A stretch of DNA of 64,000 nt from Ramazzottius varieornatus (Eukaryota > Animalia > Tardigrada), in NCBI GenBank assembly GCA_001949185.1, contig BDGG01000004.1, positions 3,877,777-3,941,776 of the forward strand, in the 5' to 3' direction. The position numbers were made by a program, and so were the translations under genes. The notes beneath the pieces are model-generated. The model saw only the letters and a list, made by a program, of their open reading frames with translations. It had not been told where the DNA came from and did not search any database. Positions 37,363 through 51,675 of the stretch are shown piece by piece. How positions within the stretch are numbered: position 1 is the stretch's first letter; every line of letters starts with the position of its first letter.

Positions 37363-40300
37363 CTATCCATGCACTTTTCCCTCGTCGGAAAGCATGATGC
37401 TCATCTCTTCGAAGAACTCTTTAAAGTTATCGCAATCTGAGACAGCCGGCAGAGGGGTCTCCGGCTCCTTCTTCGGTACCGACGCGTAAAAGAACTGGGC
37501 AGCTGCGTTCCACAAGTTCTTTGGGAACCGGTTCTCAAAGCGATAACGCTCAAAATCTATCAATAAATATTCACATTACAGTACAGGGAGAGTACATATC
37601 TAAACAGTAAACCTGGTTCGAAGATCGCGAGACATTTTATCGTACCTTCAGCCGAATGTTCGCGGAAGACATCGACAAAGATAGGCGTGGTATCTTTTGC
37701 GAGTTTGATCAAGCGACCGAGATCCGGATGAGGCCACGGATTCAACTCCCGGTCCTATAATTGAAATCGTGAATACATCCGCTGCAGCGACGGCTATCGA
37801 GCTACTGAATGAGCTTATCTCAAAGAGTCCTACCTTGATATAAAGAGTCAGATGGTTCACATCTAGCTCTCCACTTAGGACAGCGCAGTTCTTCCTGTTT
37901 TCGAAGCAACAGATGACGAGTGTTGGTAGAAGGACGTCCTGTAAGGCTCCACAAGTGAAGTAGTCAACCGGGAACAGAGCCAGCTGCTGTAAGAGAGTGG
38001 GCGGATGTCCAGCGTGAAGGATATCCTGATGACCAGGACTGAGGAAGGCGAACTGACCAATCAGTAATACTACTTCGTGAAGGAGATACGACCGCTGTCG
38101 ACGGAAAGTCCGACAGTGATCGATGAGGAAGGAACAGATGTGGCGGAACTGAATACTGAGAGTCAAATCGCGGAAGGCACCCTGTAACAAGCGTTCACTA
38201 ATCATTCGAAATTCATCAATAGTGCACGTTGTTTGGAAGTAAAGTTACCTGTAAAGAAGCGAGGTCGGCGTTACCCACAAAACTCAACATGCGGATAATG
38301 TCGACCGCCACTCGATAAGAGTCTTCCGGTAGCTCAAAGTTGCAGGACTCCACAACACACCTTGGTTGAGACCGTCCGAGCCGTAGTAGGTCGTAAAGAA
38401 GCGTGACAGACCCAAAGACTGGTGCGGCTCTCAGGACGTCCCGGTAGATGTTGAGCTCCGAAAAGACACCTATTGCATTTGCATGATCAGGATCTCGATC
38501 CAACGTCGCTCTCCTACGATAGACAATCAGATGAAATACGTTTAATACGTCTAACTGTAACGAGTACTCGTACTGATATTTAACTGGAGGTGAAACGCAC
38601 CTGGCACTGAGTATTCGGCTCACCCACGTCGTGAACTGGAAGCTACGACGTACTCTGATAAGACAGTAATCTTCCAGCTGTAGCGTATGGTATCTTCCGA
38701 TCATCTGAACTAGCCCACATGTCATAAAGTACTTGACAAAGTCCGACAGTCGATCAGAATCCTCACTTGAGCTTGTCGAACTGCACAGGTGGTTGAAGTG
38801 CCACAGGATACGTTCTAGCGAGCCGTAGCAAGCATCGAAGACCTTATCGGGGACAGTTTTGCCTGCCTTCTTCCCGAAGAACAGCTGTTCGGAAAAGTAT
38901 ATGGCTTGTTCAATCACACCAACGAACACGTCACCTCGCATCAACGAGGCGAAAGTACCACAAGAAAGAACTGAACTGAGGAGGTGGTAAACGGAACATA
39001 GCGGCTTCTCCGGTACTGAGACTTCCGGCTCGCCGTGGATTGAGCATGTGATGAGTCGCACTGAGAGTTCCACGATTTGCAGAAATCCCATTGGTACCTC
39101 GTTACTCTGCAAGAACAAGTTTTGTGAGTGTAAAGAAGTAAAATAAATACTGTATTACGTATTTGTTATTTTATTTCGGCATTGGAAATTTCCGAGATTT
39201 CCAATTCGTACTTTAGATTTTTCTTTGGACCGTGAGAGGAAGGCAATGTGGCGCGTCAAACGCTCCAAACAGGAATCCAAAGAAGACGTTGTCTGTGGAG
39301 TCCAAGACGACCAGCCATTCACCGATTTCAGACGATCCAGTAGCTCCAACGCCTGCGACACGTCTCCGCTCTCCATCTTGCTTTTGCGGTCTGCTCTCTC
39401 CACCGGTGACGACTCTCTCGTCAGCTTGGTCCTTAGCTTGTTTCCTAAACGGCTGTATCGGGCCGACATATCTTCTATCTCGACTTGCGCTTCGATCTTG
39501 TTGCGGAAGTTGTCCCCGCCTCTCGGTGAGTTGTCGCCGGTGTGAGAGCGACAGCGGTTCGGCGTGGAGAACTCGTGGAAACTGGCAGAGTCGGCGGACC
39601 CGGGTCGCGGACTCCGAAGATACTGAGCGCGTAGCCTCTTCAGTTCGATACGTTCTTCGTGAAGCCGAGTGCTGATTTCCGTCTTCTTTTGAATTCGCTC
39701 TTTCAGCGATTCCAGGTTCGCCTGTTGGGCGGCCTCTACGAACAGATAAACCATATAATACATCAAACTTCGGAACTACCCATAAATCAATCTTTAACCG
39801 TGGTACTTGTCAGGTTGGGACCAAATTTCAAACTAACGTACCTATTGCGTTGAGTTTCTTTTCCCGGTCGCGAGCTTTCACCCGAACTTGCTGGAGGCGA
39901 TGACTGAGTTGCTGTTCAGCATTGGTCATCTTTATGCGCTTTCTTTCCTCCATCTCCGACATTTTCGTTGCCCGATCTTGCTCCACTCGACACCGATTCT
40001 GTTGTGCGGCTTCTTCCCTCGCTTTGTGCTCTTCGGTCTTCCTCGCGCGTTCTTCTTCCATTACCTGCTGCCGCGACACAACCTTCTGATCCTAAGAGGA
40101 ACAAACACTGGTGTAAAGGTTATTTCGGTTTCTGCAGAGTGCGACAAAGAACTAGATGCAACAAACTTTCTCTAACACGTCCAGGATTCGGTTCTGCGAT
40201 TTCCAGTTGTTGATAAAGTTCACCTCGTCGACCTTCGTAGCTTCGTCTCGAGCGCGCGTCTTGATGGTCGTAATTTGCTGCATCCTCTTTTCCTCAGCAC

Positions 40301-40866
40301 GCCTCATCCGATCCGTCATGTTCACTTGAATCTGCTTGATGGCAGCTGCCTTCTGGTGTTTAGCATCTTCGACCTTCTTCGACTGCTGGCGAACCTTCTC
40401 GGACTTTTCTTGCAGTAAGAGCTCGCGGTTCTCCACGGCCTTTGCAATCTTTTCCTCATGCTGACACTTGTTGTTCTTCAGAGGACTGAGAAGTCGCTGC
40501 GTGCTCTCATCCAGTACGCTCGAAACCTTCTTGCCACTTTTGCTCTTGCTTTTCTTCAAGGTTGTCGACGATGCTGTGTTGGGTCGCAACTGACCAACCA
40601 CTGCGACAGGAACGATGTCAGGCAGCAACACAGCAGAATCACTCTCGACCGACGAAGGCTCGTTGTTGCCTCCAGCTTCTCGTTTCGCTTTCGAAGCTTG
40701 CTTTGCTTTTCTTCGGCGTTTCGACTTGGTGCTAGCACCACTAGTTGGCTCTACAAAGAAACTACGTGTCGCTTGTTTACCTTGACAATTAGCGCAAAAC
40801 TGTACATTCACGGTGCACATAGTTCGACATACCGTTCTCCGTAGCATCGTTAATCGTGCCGTCCAT
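37363..40866 (-). CDS. SCAPER: SCAPER-like protein (short form)
   Basis: Coiled coil RARDEATKVDEVNFIN...QNR, and C-terminal LLHEVVLLIGQF...PTLLQQLALFPVDYF...VLLPTLVICCFEN, FENRFPKNLWNAAAQFF match SCAPER motifs. 5' end tentative. Confidence 0.8.
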
Positions 40867-41178
40867 TGCTATTGCCCCCCTCGTATTAGGGCATTCTATA
40901 AGCAGTTCGATGTTAATCCTGCGCGCACCGATCTACGACATCGGTAACATGGTGTATCAGGCTTCCGTCTGGATGCCTGGCTGTCCTCATCCACAAGGAG
41001 CGATCTCCAAAGTCCGAACTGGCAAACCAGGTACAGGCGTGCCCTTCTCTTCGGCTATGGTGCCCTGGTTCAGCGGTTCCTCTAAAGTACAAACAGTATG
41101 GCGAGCGACGCTTATAGTATAGTGACTACTTGGTGAGATGTTCCGAACTTCCGACTTCCGGATTGAACGGATTCCTGA

Positions 41179-41303
41179 CAGTGTTCGGCAGGTAAACATT
41201 CCGGTACCCCGATTGAATCTCATCAATCCGAACCATTTCGGGTCTTTACCATGATATGGCGAGCCATGCTGAGTGGCACGGAATGTTTACCTGGCTAACA
41301 CTG
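41179..41303. mobile_element. hAT-type MITE (125 bp) with 8-bp target-site duplication
   Basis: TIRs CAGTGTTCGGCAGGTAAACATTCCG / CGGAATGTTTACCTGGCTAACACTG; ATTCCTGA duplicated at 41171-41178 and 41304-41311. Confidence 0.85.
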
Positions 41304-41651
41304 ATTCCTGATCTCGAAAACGTCCATAATAACGTCAGAGAGTTTGCGATATATGTGACAGACGAATACGACCGTGACTTCAAGTCCAAAATAATCAGCT
41401 GTAATAGTATCAATTTTTCTCGATTGATTTCCTGATTAGACCCATCAGTTCCTGAAATTTCCTTGTTCGTTAATCAGCTGAGAAGAGTTCCATTGCAGTT
41501 ATGACTGTGAGATCAGAGTCCTCGCGCGTCTCTTTGTGAACCTTTATCTGGCATCCTTTTTGCTCCGCACGGGTCGCACAGGACCTCTGAACACAGGAGT
41601 TCGACCTCAGGGGAGGTCGGCCGAAGTTGCCTCGGTGGAGTAATCGGGAAA

Positions 41652-42766
41652 ATGTTGGTGGTCCAGGTACTGCGCCTAATGCTTACTCGTCTTGTGACTC
41701 ATAAGAGAGACTTCGTGGTGCTTATCCATTTGCAGGCCATCATGCGCCTCTTCGAGGTTCACTCACGACGATTCGAGACCATACTACAACCACGGAATGC
41801 TGCGCTTGCTTACTTCCGTTCCGAATCCACCAGCCCCAGCGTGGGCGAAGATCACGATCTTCCTGTTATGAAGAATAGTCCAGCGAACTTTGAATTCGTC
41901 TCTGCCTGCTCGCAGGAAACAGCAGATGCCATTTTGAAAGATTTCATTGTGATCGACGACTTCCTGAGTGAAGTAGAAGAGAAGTCCCTGCTCGAAGAAG
42001 CGGAAAGCCAGATAGCGAGGACCCGATACGAGATGGAAGAGAACTGGGATAATGTTCGTATGTCACTATCTTATAGTATGCATTTTCAAATTATTGTAGG
42101 TCTTTCACATCCTAGGCTATAATTGGGTACCGGGAAACCGAAAGGAAAAACTGGAACTCGGATAACAAGAAGGTCCTGAAAAGGGTCCGTGAGATTGCCT
42201 TTCCTCCTGGCGTATCGCAGTTAGTGAACGTTCACATCCTGGACCTCGCCAAAGACGGCTATATCAAACCACACGTTGATTCTGTCAGAGTAAGTTTATC
42301 ATATTTGCGTTTCGTGGACCTTAACCTTTGATATGCTGAATATCAAGAACTTCGTTGTAGTTTTGTGGTGATACAGTCGCTGGCTTATCACTCCTGTCGA
42401 ACTCGGTGATGAGACTAGTTCATGAAACTGAAAAGGTAATGTGCACTAAGTGACTTCCTGGGAAGGACAGTTAACAATTGATTTTGTCCTAGGACCCTGT
42501 GATCGATATCTACCTAAAGCGTCGTTCGCTGTACATCATGAGGTACGCTTCATATCTCGCCATTTCAATACGGGCTGTCCGAGTTTCACCTCGACGATAA
42601 CTGTGATGCCTGAGGCTAAGCGATATTGTGTGTCTGTAGGGGCGTATCGCGCTACAACTTTACTCACGAAATCCTGAGGGCAAATCAATCGGTCTTCAAA
42701 GGTAACGTCGTCGAACGCGATCGAAGAATCTCCCTGATATTTCGTAACGAACCCGACGACGAATAA
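41652..42766 (+). CDS. ALKBH7: Alpha-ketoglutarate-dependent dioxygenase AlkB homolog 7
   Basis: [61 protein letters not shown] across GT-AG introns. Confidence 0.92.
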
Positions 42767-43174
42767 TGATTCTTGAAGGGATCTCGCGTCTCGCCGAGGT
42801 CTTTTTGTTAGTTGTACATGGGGAAAGATCAAGGGTTTCGGTGAAGGTTGGGCAAGCACTCCATTTGGCTTTCCTTTTCTGACATTTACTTACTGCCGAC
42901 CTCGCCGCTCCGCTTTGTGGCCTTTACATACGTGTCTGATCTTTTTGTTGCCTACCATTTTGTTAGGTTTTAGCTTTTAGAGATCATCATGAGTTACAGA
43001 CAATCGATGTATCTCAAGTTTTACTTTCCCATTGAGGGACAGTATGAGGAATCAAGTCTACCGTCATAAAACATGACGGCGAGAAACCGCTGCCGGTATC
43101 AAGCTTCCTCACACAACGATGGAAAAATTATTAATTATGAAAGCACTTGTAAATTTTGAATGTAGTTCGAAAGG

Positions 43175-45169
43175 TTATAGCTCATCATGCAAATCGCTAA
43201 ACGAAGCCGGGCTCTGAGGAGGTTCAGAACAGACTACAGGAGTCTCAAAATGTAGTTCATATTCACATCGACTAGGTTCCGAAGCGGACTTGAGATTATG
43301 CTGAGCACCACACTCCAGGTGTACCTTCGCGCTTCGAGAAGGTCCGTTCCAGCACCGAGCCCCATCGGTAAAGACCATCTGCTGGAAGTTATTGCCCCAA
43401 TGTCCCCATTTACCTAAGCTCGTCTCCGAACCGTGGTCTTTCGGTTTCTGGGACACGTTCGAGAACGGACACCTGCAACAGAAGCCATCAAATTAAGAAA
43501 CCTGTTTCGATATGACGGATAAAGTTCGACAAGCTTACATTTTATACGTGTATTCTCTATCAGAGTATTCGAAGCATTCGCCTTCGAGGATGGCGAAAGC
43601 CCCATCTTGACCATAGTCATTTCCCAGCCACTTCTGTAAACTCTCCTTTTCCTGGTTCAGGCCATCTTGTTCCTTATCGAACTCCTCCAGCTCTTTCCGG
43701 GCTTTATCAGCTACTTCAACCAAGTGTTGGGTCTCCGGACTGTACTCCGGCATCTTTTCTTCAGGTTCCTTTTGAGCGGTTTCCGGCGGAGGTGCCGTTG
43801 AACTGCCAGAGTCATATTCCCTGTGTTCTTCATCGAATTCGTCCTTCTCGTAGGGATCGTCTGCGTCAGTGTGTTCTTCGGTGTCTTCTTCGTGGTGGTC
43901 ATCGGAGGTGTCTGGTGGTGGAGTGGGCTTCGGAGGTTGTTGGAGAAGCCGATAGACGTTCTTTATCTTCGGCCATACTTGGCTAACGAAGTCATCTAAC
44001 GTGATATCCGACAACCTTCGAATGGCTTCGTGTATTTCCTCGTCCAAGTTCTCCCCCACCTGACCTAACTTCGCCACAATATTCTCGTGGGAGAGTATGT
44101 TGAAGTTGGCACTGATGGCTTGGAATGCTTCCTCGGCTTCCGACTGCTCTTTCAGTCCCTGCTTTTCCTGCTTTGTGGCCTCCCATTCTTGCTTGTGCTT
44201 GTCAAGGGCGGTTTTCTCGAGGGATTCGGCTTCTTCCTTAGCTTTGACGAGGGCTTCGCGTCTAGTCTCCAGAAGCTGCAGTTGACTGTCGACTTTCTCG
44301 AGAGCGGCCTTCTTTTCGTCCTTCTTGGTCTTCACCAGTTCGAGGTACTCTAGGCGCTTTTGGTAACCTGCTTTCAGTGCCTCCATCTGCTTCTCTGTTT
44401 CAGCGCGCATTTGCTTCCCCAGTTCCCTACACAACAGCATCGGGGTAAAATGTTCAGAGGCAGAATGTGCTGATACAGTTCTAACTTAGCCTATTCACAA
44501 AGCTAAGGACAGACGCAACTTTCGGTCTGCTGTAAATTAACTTACATGCACTGGTTAGGACAACTGACTTTATCCGATTTGGATTCGTCCGATCCATCGC
44601 AACAATCTAAAGGCAGAAAACGCATTCAAAACGCATACACACAAGTGCCATGAATTGCGATAGTAACTGCGATTAAACATACCACAGATGCCATCATCTA
44701 CTCGGGAAGATGGAATGTCCAGCGACCGAAAACCACGGTTAACACAGTGAAACGTCCCTTGCGAGCAAGCACTCGTGCCCGGTTCATCTAGTTCGTTAAA
44801 TTTCACTGGTTATTAGAGCAAGGTAAGCGAGTACGTAGCTAACCGCGATTTAACAGAAAAGACTCCCTGGAAGAGCTCGGATACCTGAAGCGTCATGACA
44901 ATCACAATATTCATCATTCACGTAAGCGAAAGGGATTTGGTTGGATCCGTCGAAGCAAGTGAAGGGTTTGGATGCATCATACAGCGAAGCTTCTGCAAAA
45001 ACAAATCCGTTCTCAGCTGTGCTCTTAGGGTACACTTAGAGATAAGTACGGGTTATCTCTTACTGATTAGCGGAACTCCTCGTGGCCGGAGCACTTGTGT
45101 TTCTCCATATGCGTAGTCCGCACATGCCAACACCAGCAACATCCATGGGTAACGATCCAGCACACCCAT
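43175..45169 (-). CDS. PRKCSH: Glucosidase II beta subunit
   Basis: Signal peptide, [22 protein letters not shown], acidic region, MRH domain [11 protein letters not shown]...EPSRCEY, C-terminal HDEL. Confidence 0.95.
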
Positions 45170-45794
45170 CCTGCAAAAGCAAGAACATTCAGTACCCGCA
45201 GCTCGGAGCATAGCCGGCACGAACGACCACGGCCGTCGGCCACGAGTCGGCCCATGAATACAGCTAGGCCGAAGTTACACGTGGACGATGACAGAAAGCT
45301 GAAAGCAGCATGTCGGCCTTGTCCAGTAGTCCGACAAACGGATGCAGGGCTGCAGGCTTACCTTGAACACCACAGTTCTTATCGTCTTCCTTCTTCGCCT
45401 CCTGGCTGCAGCAATATGTAGACTAGCCGACACGGTTGATACCTGCAAAGTAACTGCTGGCAGAAAGGAAGAGCGAGGATTCAAGATGGATTTATTAAGC
45501 TCTGAAGTCTGAAAACATTGTCAGGTTGCAGCGTGTCACGTAAGACCGGTCATGATGTGACATCACACCATGTTCTGGAATTCGTTTGTTTTGATTTTCC
45601 AAGTCCAAGTGTCCAATATCTCGCGCTTCAATGCCACTTCTCTTCTTGCTGTTTGTGCGGGTCTCCATTCTGAAGATCTCTTTCTAGCATTGCATCAGAC
45701 CTTAGGTTCGGATGTGGACGATGACGATGAAGTGACTATCATGGCTTAATCAAGGGAAAACATAACGCGCGCATCCGTTGTGCGATCTGAAGAA

Positions 45795-47786
45795 ATGGAC
45801 CGGAAGGAGATGCTGAAGTCCACATTGCCACCTTTAGCGAAATTTCTCCCGTAAGTTCATTGGATTAATTTCAGGACTGCAAGTATGCTAGTGTTAGTTG
45901 TACGGTTCCCTTTGACGAACCCTTGTGTGAGTACCTATCGGCGAATATGATGCCAAGCCCATACCGACTTGATCCGATTCTCAATAAGCATGCGGCTATA
46001 TGCTTATTCTTACGCGTCGGTTTTGTCTTTCCTAGGCCACCCTCTATACCTCCAGCTAAACGAGGACGTGCAAGCTTTGTTCCCGAACCGTGGAATCTTT
46101 ATTTTACGTCGCAGCGAAAAGTCACAGTTGGAAAGAATGTAAGATGATGTAACTTTCCAGTCGCACTGCCGTCTCCGATACATGATTTTGGTTGCAGATC
46201 TTTAATGTTTATGAGAAAGGAGCTGAAGGACCCATCTTGCTTATGGTCCATGGCGCTGGATTTTCAGGGCTATCGTGGGCACTATTCACAGTAATTCTTC
46301 CGTGTAAAATCATGGTTGTCTCGTAACGTCAAACTGATGTATTTGCAGAACGCTATGACAAGCCTTTTGATATGCAGATGTATTGCTGTAGATCTACGTG
46401 GACACGGTAAAACTTTTCGGCTCTGTCCGGTTAATTACTTCACCCTCATCTTTGACTTTAGTCTTCCTGTTCTCTAGGAGATACTATAACGGATAACGAC
46501 GAAGACTTGTCTGCTGAAATTCTGTCGACGTAAGATCTGCTACTCTGAACTCTGTTGTGACACGCTACAGTATAAAAGGGCGTTGTCTTCATCGAACGAG
46601 CTCGGTGTTATATCGTTCTGTTCTTTTCCATGTTTAGTGACTTGGCTGATGTGGCTCAGTTCTACCTCTCGGACAGCACCGCTCCCTCAATTGTCCTTAT
46701 CGGGCATAGCCTTGGGGGAGCTGTTTGTGTTCACGCGGCAAGCAGAGGACTTATACCAGGACTCGCCGGCTTAGTTGTGATAGACGTTGTGGAAGGTACA
46801 GTAATCTGTCATGTCGTCGACTGATACGTGTCAGATCTATCTGAGGACTGGTTTATTGCAGGAACGGCACTCGAGTCATTGAGCATGATGGAATCATTGG
46901 TTCGGGGCAGGCCTTCGACCTTCCCTTCCGTAGAGAATGCCATTGAATGGAGTTTCCGAACGGGCCATATTAAGAACCCAGAATCTGCCCGCGTATCGAT
47001 GGTTGGACAGCTCAAACCGTAATTCAACAATTCAGTCTGAACTAGATCGGCCACCCCGTTTTGCCTTAGGCAGCGGGTTCCTTGGCGTGTTTTTTGTCTA
47101 ATGTAAGGTCTTCTGCACCGCTAGTATGATGGAAACCAGCGACGACGCAAAATCTCAGCCTGACATACGGCAGACCATCAACACTACTGAAACCATCATG
47201 GAAGATGACTCTGAACAAGCAGACTCACAAGTGTCGTCGGCAGCTGCTCGGCCAGGAACTCGGCTTGGCTGGCGGATAGACTTGCTCAAAACCCAACCAT
47301 TCTGGCAAGGTTGGTTCACTGGACTATCAGAGATGTTTCTCAGTTGCCCTGTACCGAAACTGCTAATCCTAGCAGGTAAGGTGTAGTACTCGGTCCCAAT
47401 TTGTTTTAAACATTGTGTCGTTCTATAATACCAAATTTTGTAGGGATGGATCGTTTAGACAAAGATCTTAGTATTGGTCAGATGCAAGGTATCAATTTGT
47501 TTTTCATTACTTACTGTAGAAACGTAGTTTCTAAAAAATCGGTAGTATACAAAAAGGCACTTGTGCAATAGGCAAATTTCAAATGGTCGTCCTGCCCAAG
47601 TCAGGACACGCGGTACAGGAAGACCAACCGGTGAAAGTGGCAGAAACACTGGCATCATTTATGCTACGAAACAAGATCGTTTCTTCCGCTGGCGAATTTC
47701 CTCCGTGAGTATTCTGGGCTGTTAACATCCCTAAAAAGTGGACAATTTTCGGTCCTTTTGGTTTCAGGGTGTTTCCTGGCTGCTGA
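45795..47786 (+). CDS. PPME1: Protein phosphatase methylesterase 1
   Basis: HGAGFSGLSW, DLRGHG, GHSLGG nucleophile motif, IDVVEGTA, ESARVSM, DRLDKDLSIGQMQGKFQ, GHAVQED, terminal VFPGC*. Confidence 0.95.
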
Positions 47787-47856
47787 GCAGAATTTGCTCC
47801 AACTAAATTACCGCATGCACTTTACTTCGAAAATTACCTGTGCACAACTTGAATTT

Positions 47857-50800
47857 TTACAGAAGCTTGTTATGAGATTTTGTTCGTACGAGTTCTCTAC
47901 GTTTCGCCCTTGCTGTACGATCCAGGCGGTGGCTGTAGCAGATATGGCAGATGGGACATCTGCTCGGGAGAAAATGCGTAGAAAGCTTGCCCGGTATTCT
48001 TCCTGGTGTTCTCTCGCCGTGTTCCGTTTCTGTAATAGAGTGCATAGGGCTTCAAGACTGAACTTTCAATTTACATGTTCTGTCAGTGTCTTACTTTCTC
48101 ATGTCATCCAGCATGGCTTTCCACTCGGATTCGGTGAACTCCACATGGTCCTGAACGTGGGACATTTGCTCGAGAGTGACTGCCATAGCCGTTCTGTCCT
48201 TGGCACTTTTACACATGGTCACACGAAGGCCGCCCAAGGCTTCTGTTAGTTTCTCGGCTCGTTGTAGAAGGCTGAACTGTTTTTGAGTATGCATTGAAAG
48301 CTCTCGAGCAAAATCGGCTCTCGCCGTACTCAACATGGCCGAATCTAAGGTAAAACATCCCCGTAAAGCACACGCGAAAGAAAACAGATTCAAGGAAAAA
48401 ACTCACCGATGCAAGCGGCGTATTGGGAGAACTGAAGTAAGCGCTTTCCGTGGAATTTGTTTATATCGTGCTGAAATTCGATTTCGTTGCTTCTGCAAAC
48501 ACAATAGGTTTCGTTACCTTAAACTTCAGAGATACAGAAGCCAGAACGAACGCTGAATATAAACCTTTCAGTCAGCGATGCTTTCTCGTTGACGCCGACG
48601 TTCAGGAAGACAGGATATACGCGAAAAGAAAAACCTTCTCCGTTGTACCCGAATTTGGTTGTCGATGGCATACGAGGCAGGAATATTTCCATTTCACCCC
48701 TAAAATAGCAGGACGAAAGTAGTGAGACACTCATTTACAGTGCAACAGCGTTCAGTGTGTAATGAGTGTACCCCGTTGGTGATTCAACTGAGATTTGCTG
48801 GTTGGTGTTGACCAGTTCCCATGACTCGCCCACGCAGACCGTGAACTTGATTCGTGCGAGTAGATCCATGCCAGCCACGATATCCTCCAGCATCACCTTC
48901 TCCTCTTCCCAACACGACAAAAGACTCTCGTAATAGACTAGTAAGCCGTTGGTCTTGATGCTGTTCAACGTGTTCCTCTTTGACAGGAGATCCGTCGTGT
49001 ATATGGCGTTCATGATACATGCGATCGTTGCTGTAATCTGACAAAGAAATTACGATTAGTGTAGTAGTTCTGTCGAACAGACCATTTGTAACCATTTGTA
49101 CCATTTGTGACATGACCAAACATTCCCTCGTATACATTCTAATCATGTCACCAGGGAAGTTCACAGGGTAAGGAGGGTTCCAGTCTTGAATGTCCATCAA
49201 CAGGAGGCTCATCAAGGGACGCCGTATCCTTGAAGGCCAACTTCCGGGTCCCGGGTCGAGACTCCAGGGGTGCGTCCATCTACTCTCGTCGTACAAAGCT
49301 GATCGAAGTAAGACCTGTGCGATGCAATGTATCATCAGTATAGCTGTGTTTTTCGCGATACGGGGAGGTGTGGTACTAAATATGGTACTAACCGCAAAAT
49401 CCTGCAGCTCTTCGCTTTGATGAAAACGGTCGTCAATCTCCTTGATGACTTGTTCCAGAAGTCTTCTCTACAAATCCATGAGTGGGCATATTATTGATAT
49501 GGGAACCAATTTGCTCGTGTTGATGACTCTACGCAGTTCATCTCAGTGGACTTACCAGTTTGGCTTTCCTGTCCTCAGTTTGGGCTACGCTGTTGTAGCA
49601 AGGGTTCACGACGGAAGGAGACAAGCAGGTGTCTGCTATGTCAAGAATGAGCTTGAACATTCGGAGGGCGGCTGGATAAGGAACGAATTGCTCGTCGGAA
49701 CCTTCAACCCGCGAGGTTCTACGATAGTCGACCATCGGACCCGGAAGCCTGGTCGCTTCGGTACTCCACAACGTGCACAGTCCAGGGAGGGAATCCAGGC
49801 AGGTGCTATTGCGAGAGTGGTAGCCGGTGAAAGCTCCGACCGTCGTGACATTGTATCGGAACTGAGCTGCAAAGAGAACAATGCAACGTAAACTGGGACT
49901 GTCGGCTTCTGGACCAATGCAAACGCCAAAACTCAGGGCAGAAGATACAGTACTTACGCATATGTTCGACAACAGGGAAGTTTTCTTTTAGCACCACAAG
50001 ACTCTGGAGTTGCAGGTTGATGGGCTGGAATGCCTTGTCCAAGTTGGTTTTCTCTGTGCTTGATTTGAATGTGGGACAAGATCCCCCTACAAAGATTCAG
50101 GCTGAATATTAATTTTTGCCCCACGAAACGCGTTATACTCAGCAACGAACTACGGTGTAATTTACTCAGCGCTGTTTGAATGTTGCCTTCCATCAGAGCA
50201 ACTGTAGCAAGAACGTGGCTCAGGAACTCGGTAACGGAAGTTTCGGCCTACGTGTACAACATAAGAAAATGCAGGAGCTCGAACCGGAAGTGATGTTCGA
50301 GACAAAATATTCACCAACAGTACTCACTCGAATGTTCTCCATTCCAGGCTCTGTGGGTTCTTCTTGGATGAACCGGTAGAAAGCGTTAAGTTTCGACTTC
50401 CAAAACTGCCTACAATCACGAAGAGCATCACCTATGATGTCGCATCGGAACTGGATGTATGTCGGAGATACATACGCGAACTCACAGCAATCTGACCGGG
50501 ACGATACTGTTAACTGTGCAATCTGCCATAATCTCGTCGATGAAAACGGCTTTCCTGTGAACTCGCTGGCCAACACTGGTTTGGACGCTAGCGTAGCGTT
50601 CCTGGTTCCCGAGTTCGCGACTTTCGCGCATGTACCGATGCACCACCGCGTTGGTATGTAAAGCATGCCACTTCTGGTTGTTGATGCAGGTTGGTAATGC
50701 TGGTCTAACGGGAGTGCATTCCGTCGTAACGGATGGTAACAGCGTACAGAGATTCGGTTTTCCGTACTCGTCTACAAAAACATACAGGTGTTGATTGGTA

Positions 50801-50940
50801 GCATTCATATGATGAAATAATTTTTTATTTCTAGCTGTATGGCATATACGTACAGGCCAGTGGCTCTTCTTTCGACGACATGGTTTAGCCCTTAAATGAA
50901 GGTAAACGATGTCCTTCCGTCTACGCCGAGTAAGCAATTC
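47857..50940 (-). CDS. INPP4: Inositol polyphosphate 4-phosphatase (5' end uncertain)
   Basis: Catalytic CKSAKDRTAMAVTLEQ, GLLVYYESLLSCWEEE..MLED, VFLNVGVNEKA, PINLQLQ, IDEIMADC. Confidence 0.9.
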
Positions 50941-51675
50941 GATGGCCTTGTCGACCCGAATGTCTTAAATTTTCGACACCAGGAACGACTACAACTACGG
51001 AAAGACCAATGCAGGTGGATGGTAGGCGACGTCGATATTGGCTCAAATTCTGACTGGGATGGGGAAGATCAACTCAGGTCGCCAAACAGCATTAGTCTAC
51101 TTGCGCTGTGCAAGATCTCAGCGGGGCAAACTGTCATCATTCTCCTGCTTTCAGGGTCCGCAGTGGATAAATGTGCTCATCCATTGAATATATCCCGCAT
51201 GCAGTCCATTCATTCCAGATCCAAACTTTTAAACTCAAAATATTGCTGAGTCATCCATTAGTAACGCTACTGTGGATACGAGTTGCCGTACAAGGCATAC
51301 GTGAGGAACAGAAGGAACTGATGGTGGGCCCTAAGGTGCAAAAAACACCTGTAGGATTTGCATTACTCATGAGGAAATTCGATAAAACACCTGAGCAATT
51401 GGGCTTACGATCTCGACAGTCGACACCGCCGGTCTGCGTGCCTGTCTTATCTCCCAGCTTCTTGACCCATAGATACTATTTTGCAGTCGTTGCGAACCAG
51501 CGTTTAGTCCATGGGGCATGGATCATTACAAAACGTCTCCTAACATTGGAACGGAAACAGCAGGCCGGATGTGAGCAGGTACTTACCAGTAAATTATCTA
51601 TATTAATTTTGGAGCGAACGCCTTTGGGCCTGAGCATTAAGCCTTGTCGCATATTAGACCTTATCGTACAAAGAG

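Noticed and set aside
41605-41625. GAGTTCGACCTC B-box/T-arm-like sequence
   Set aside because: No acceptor, D or anticodon arms.
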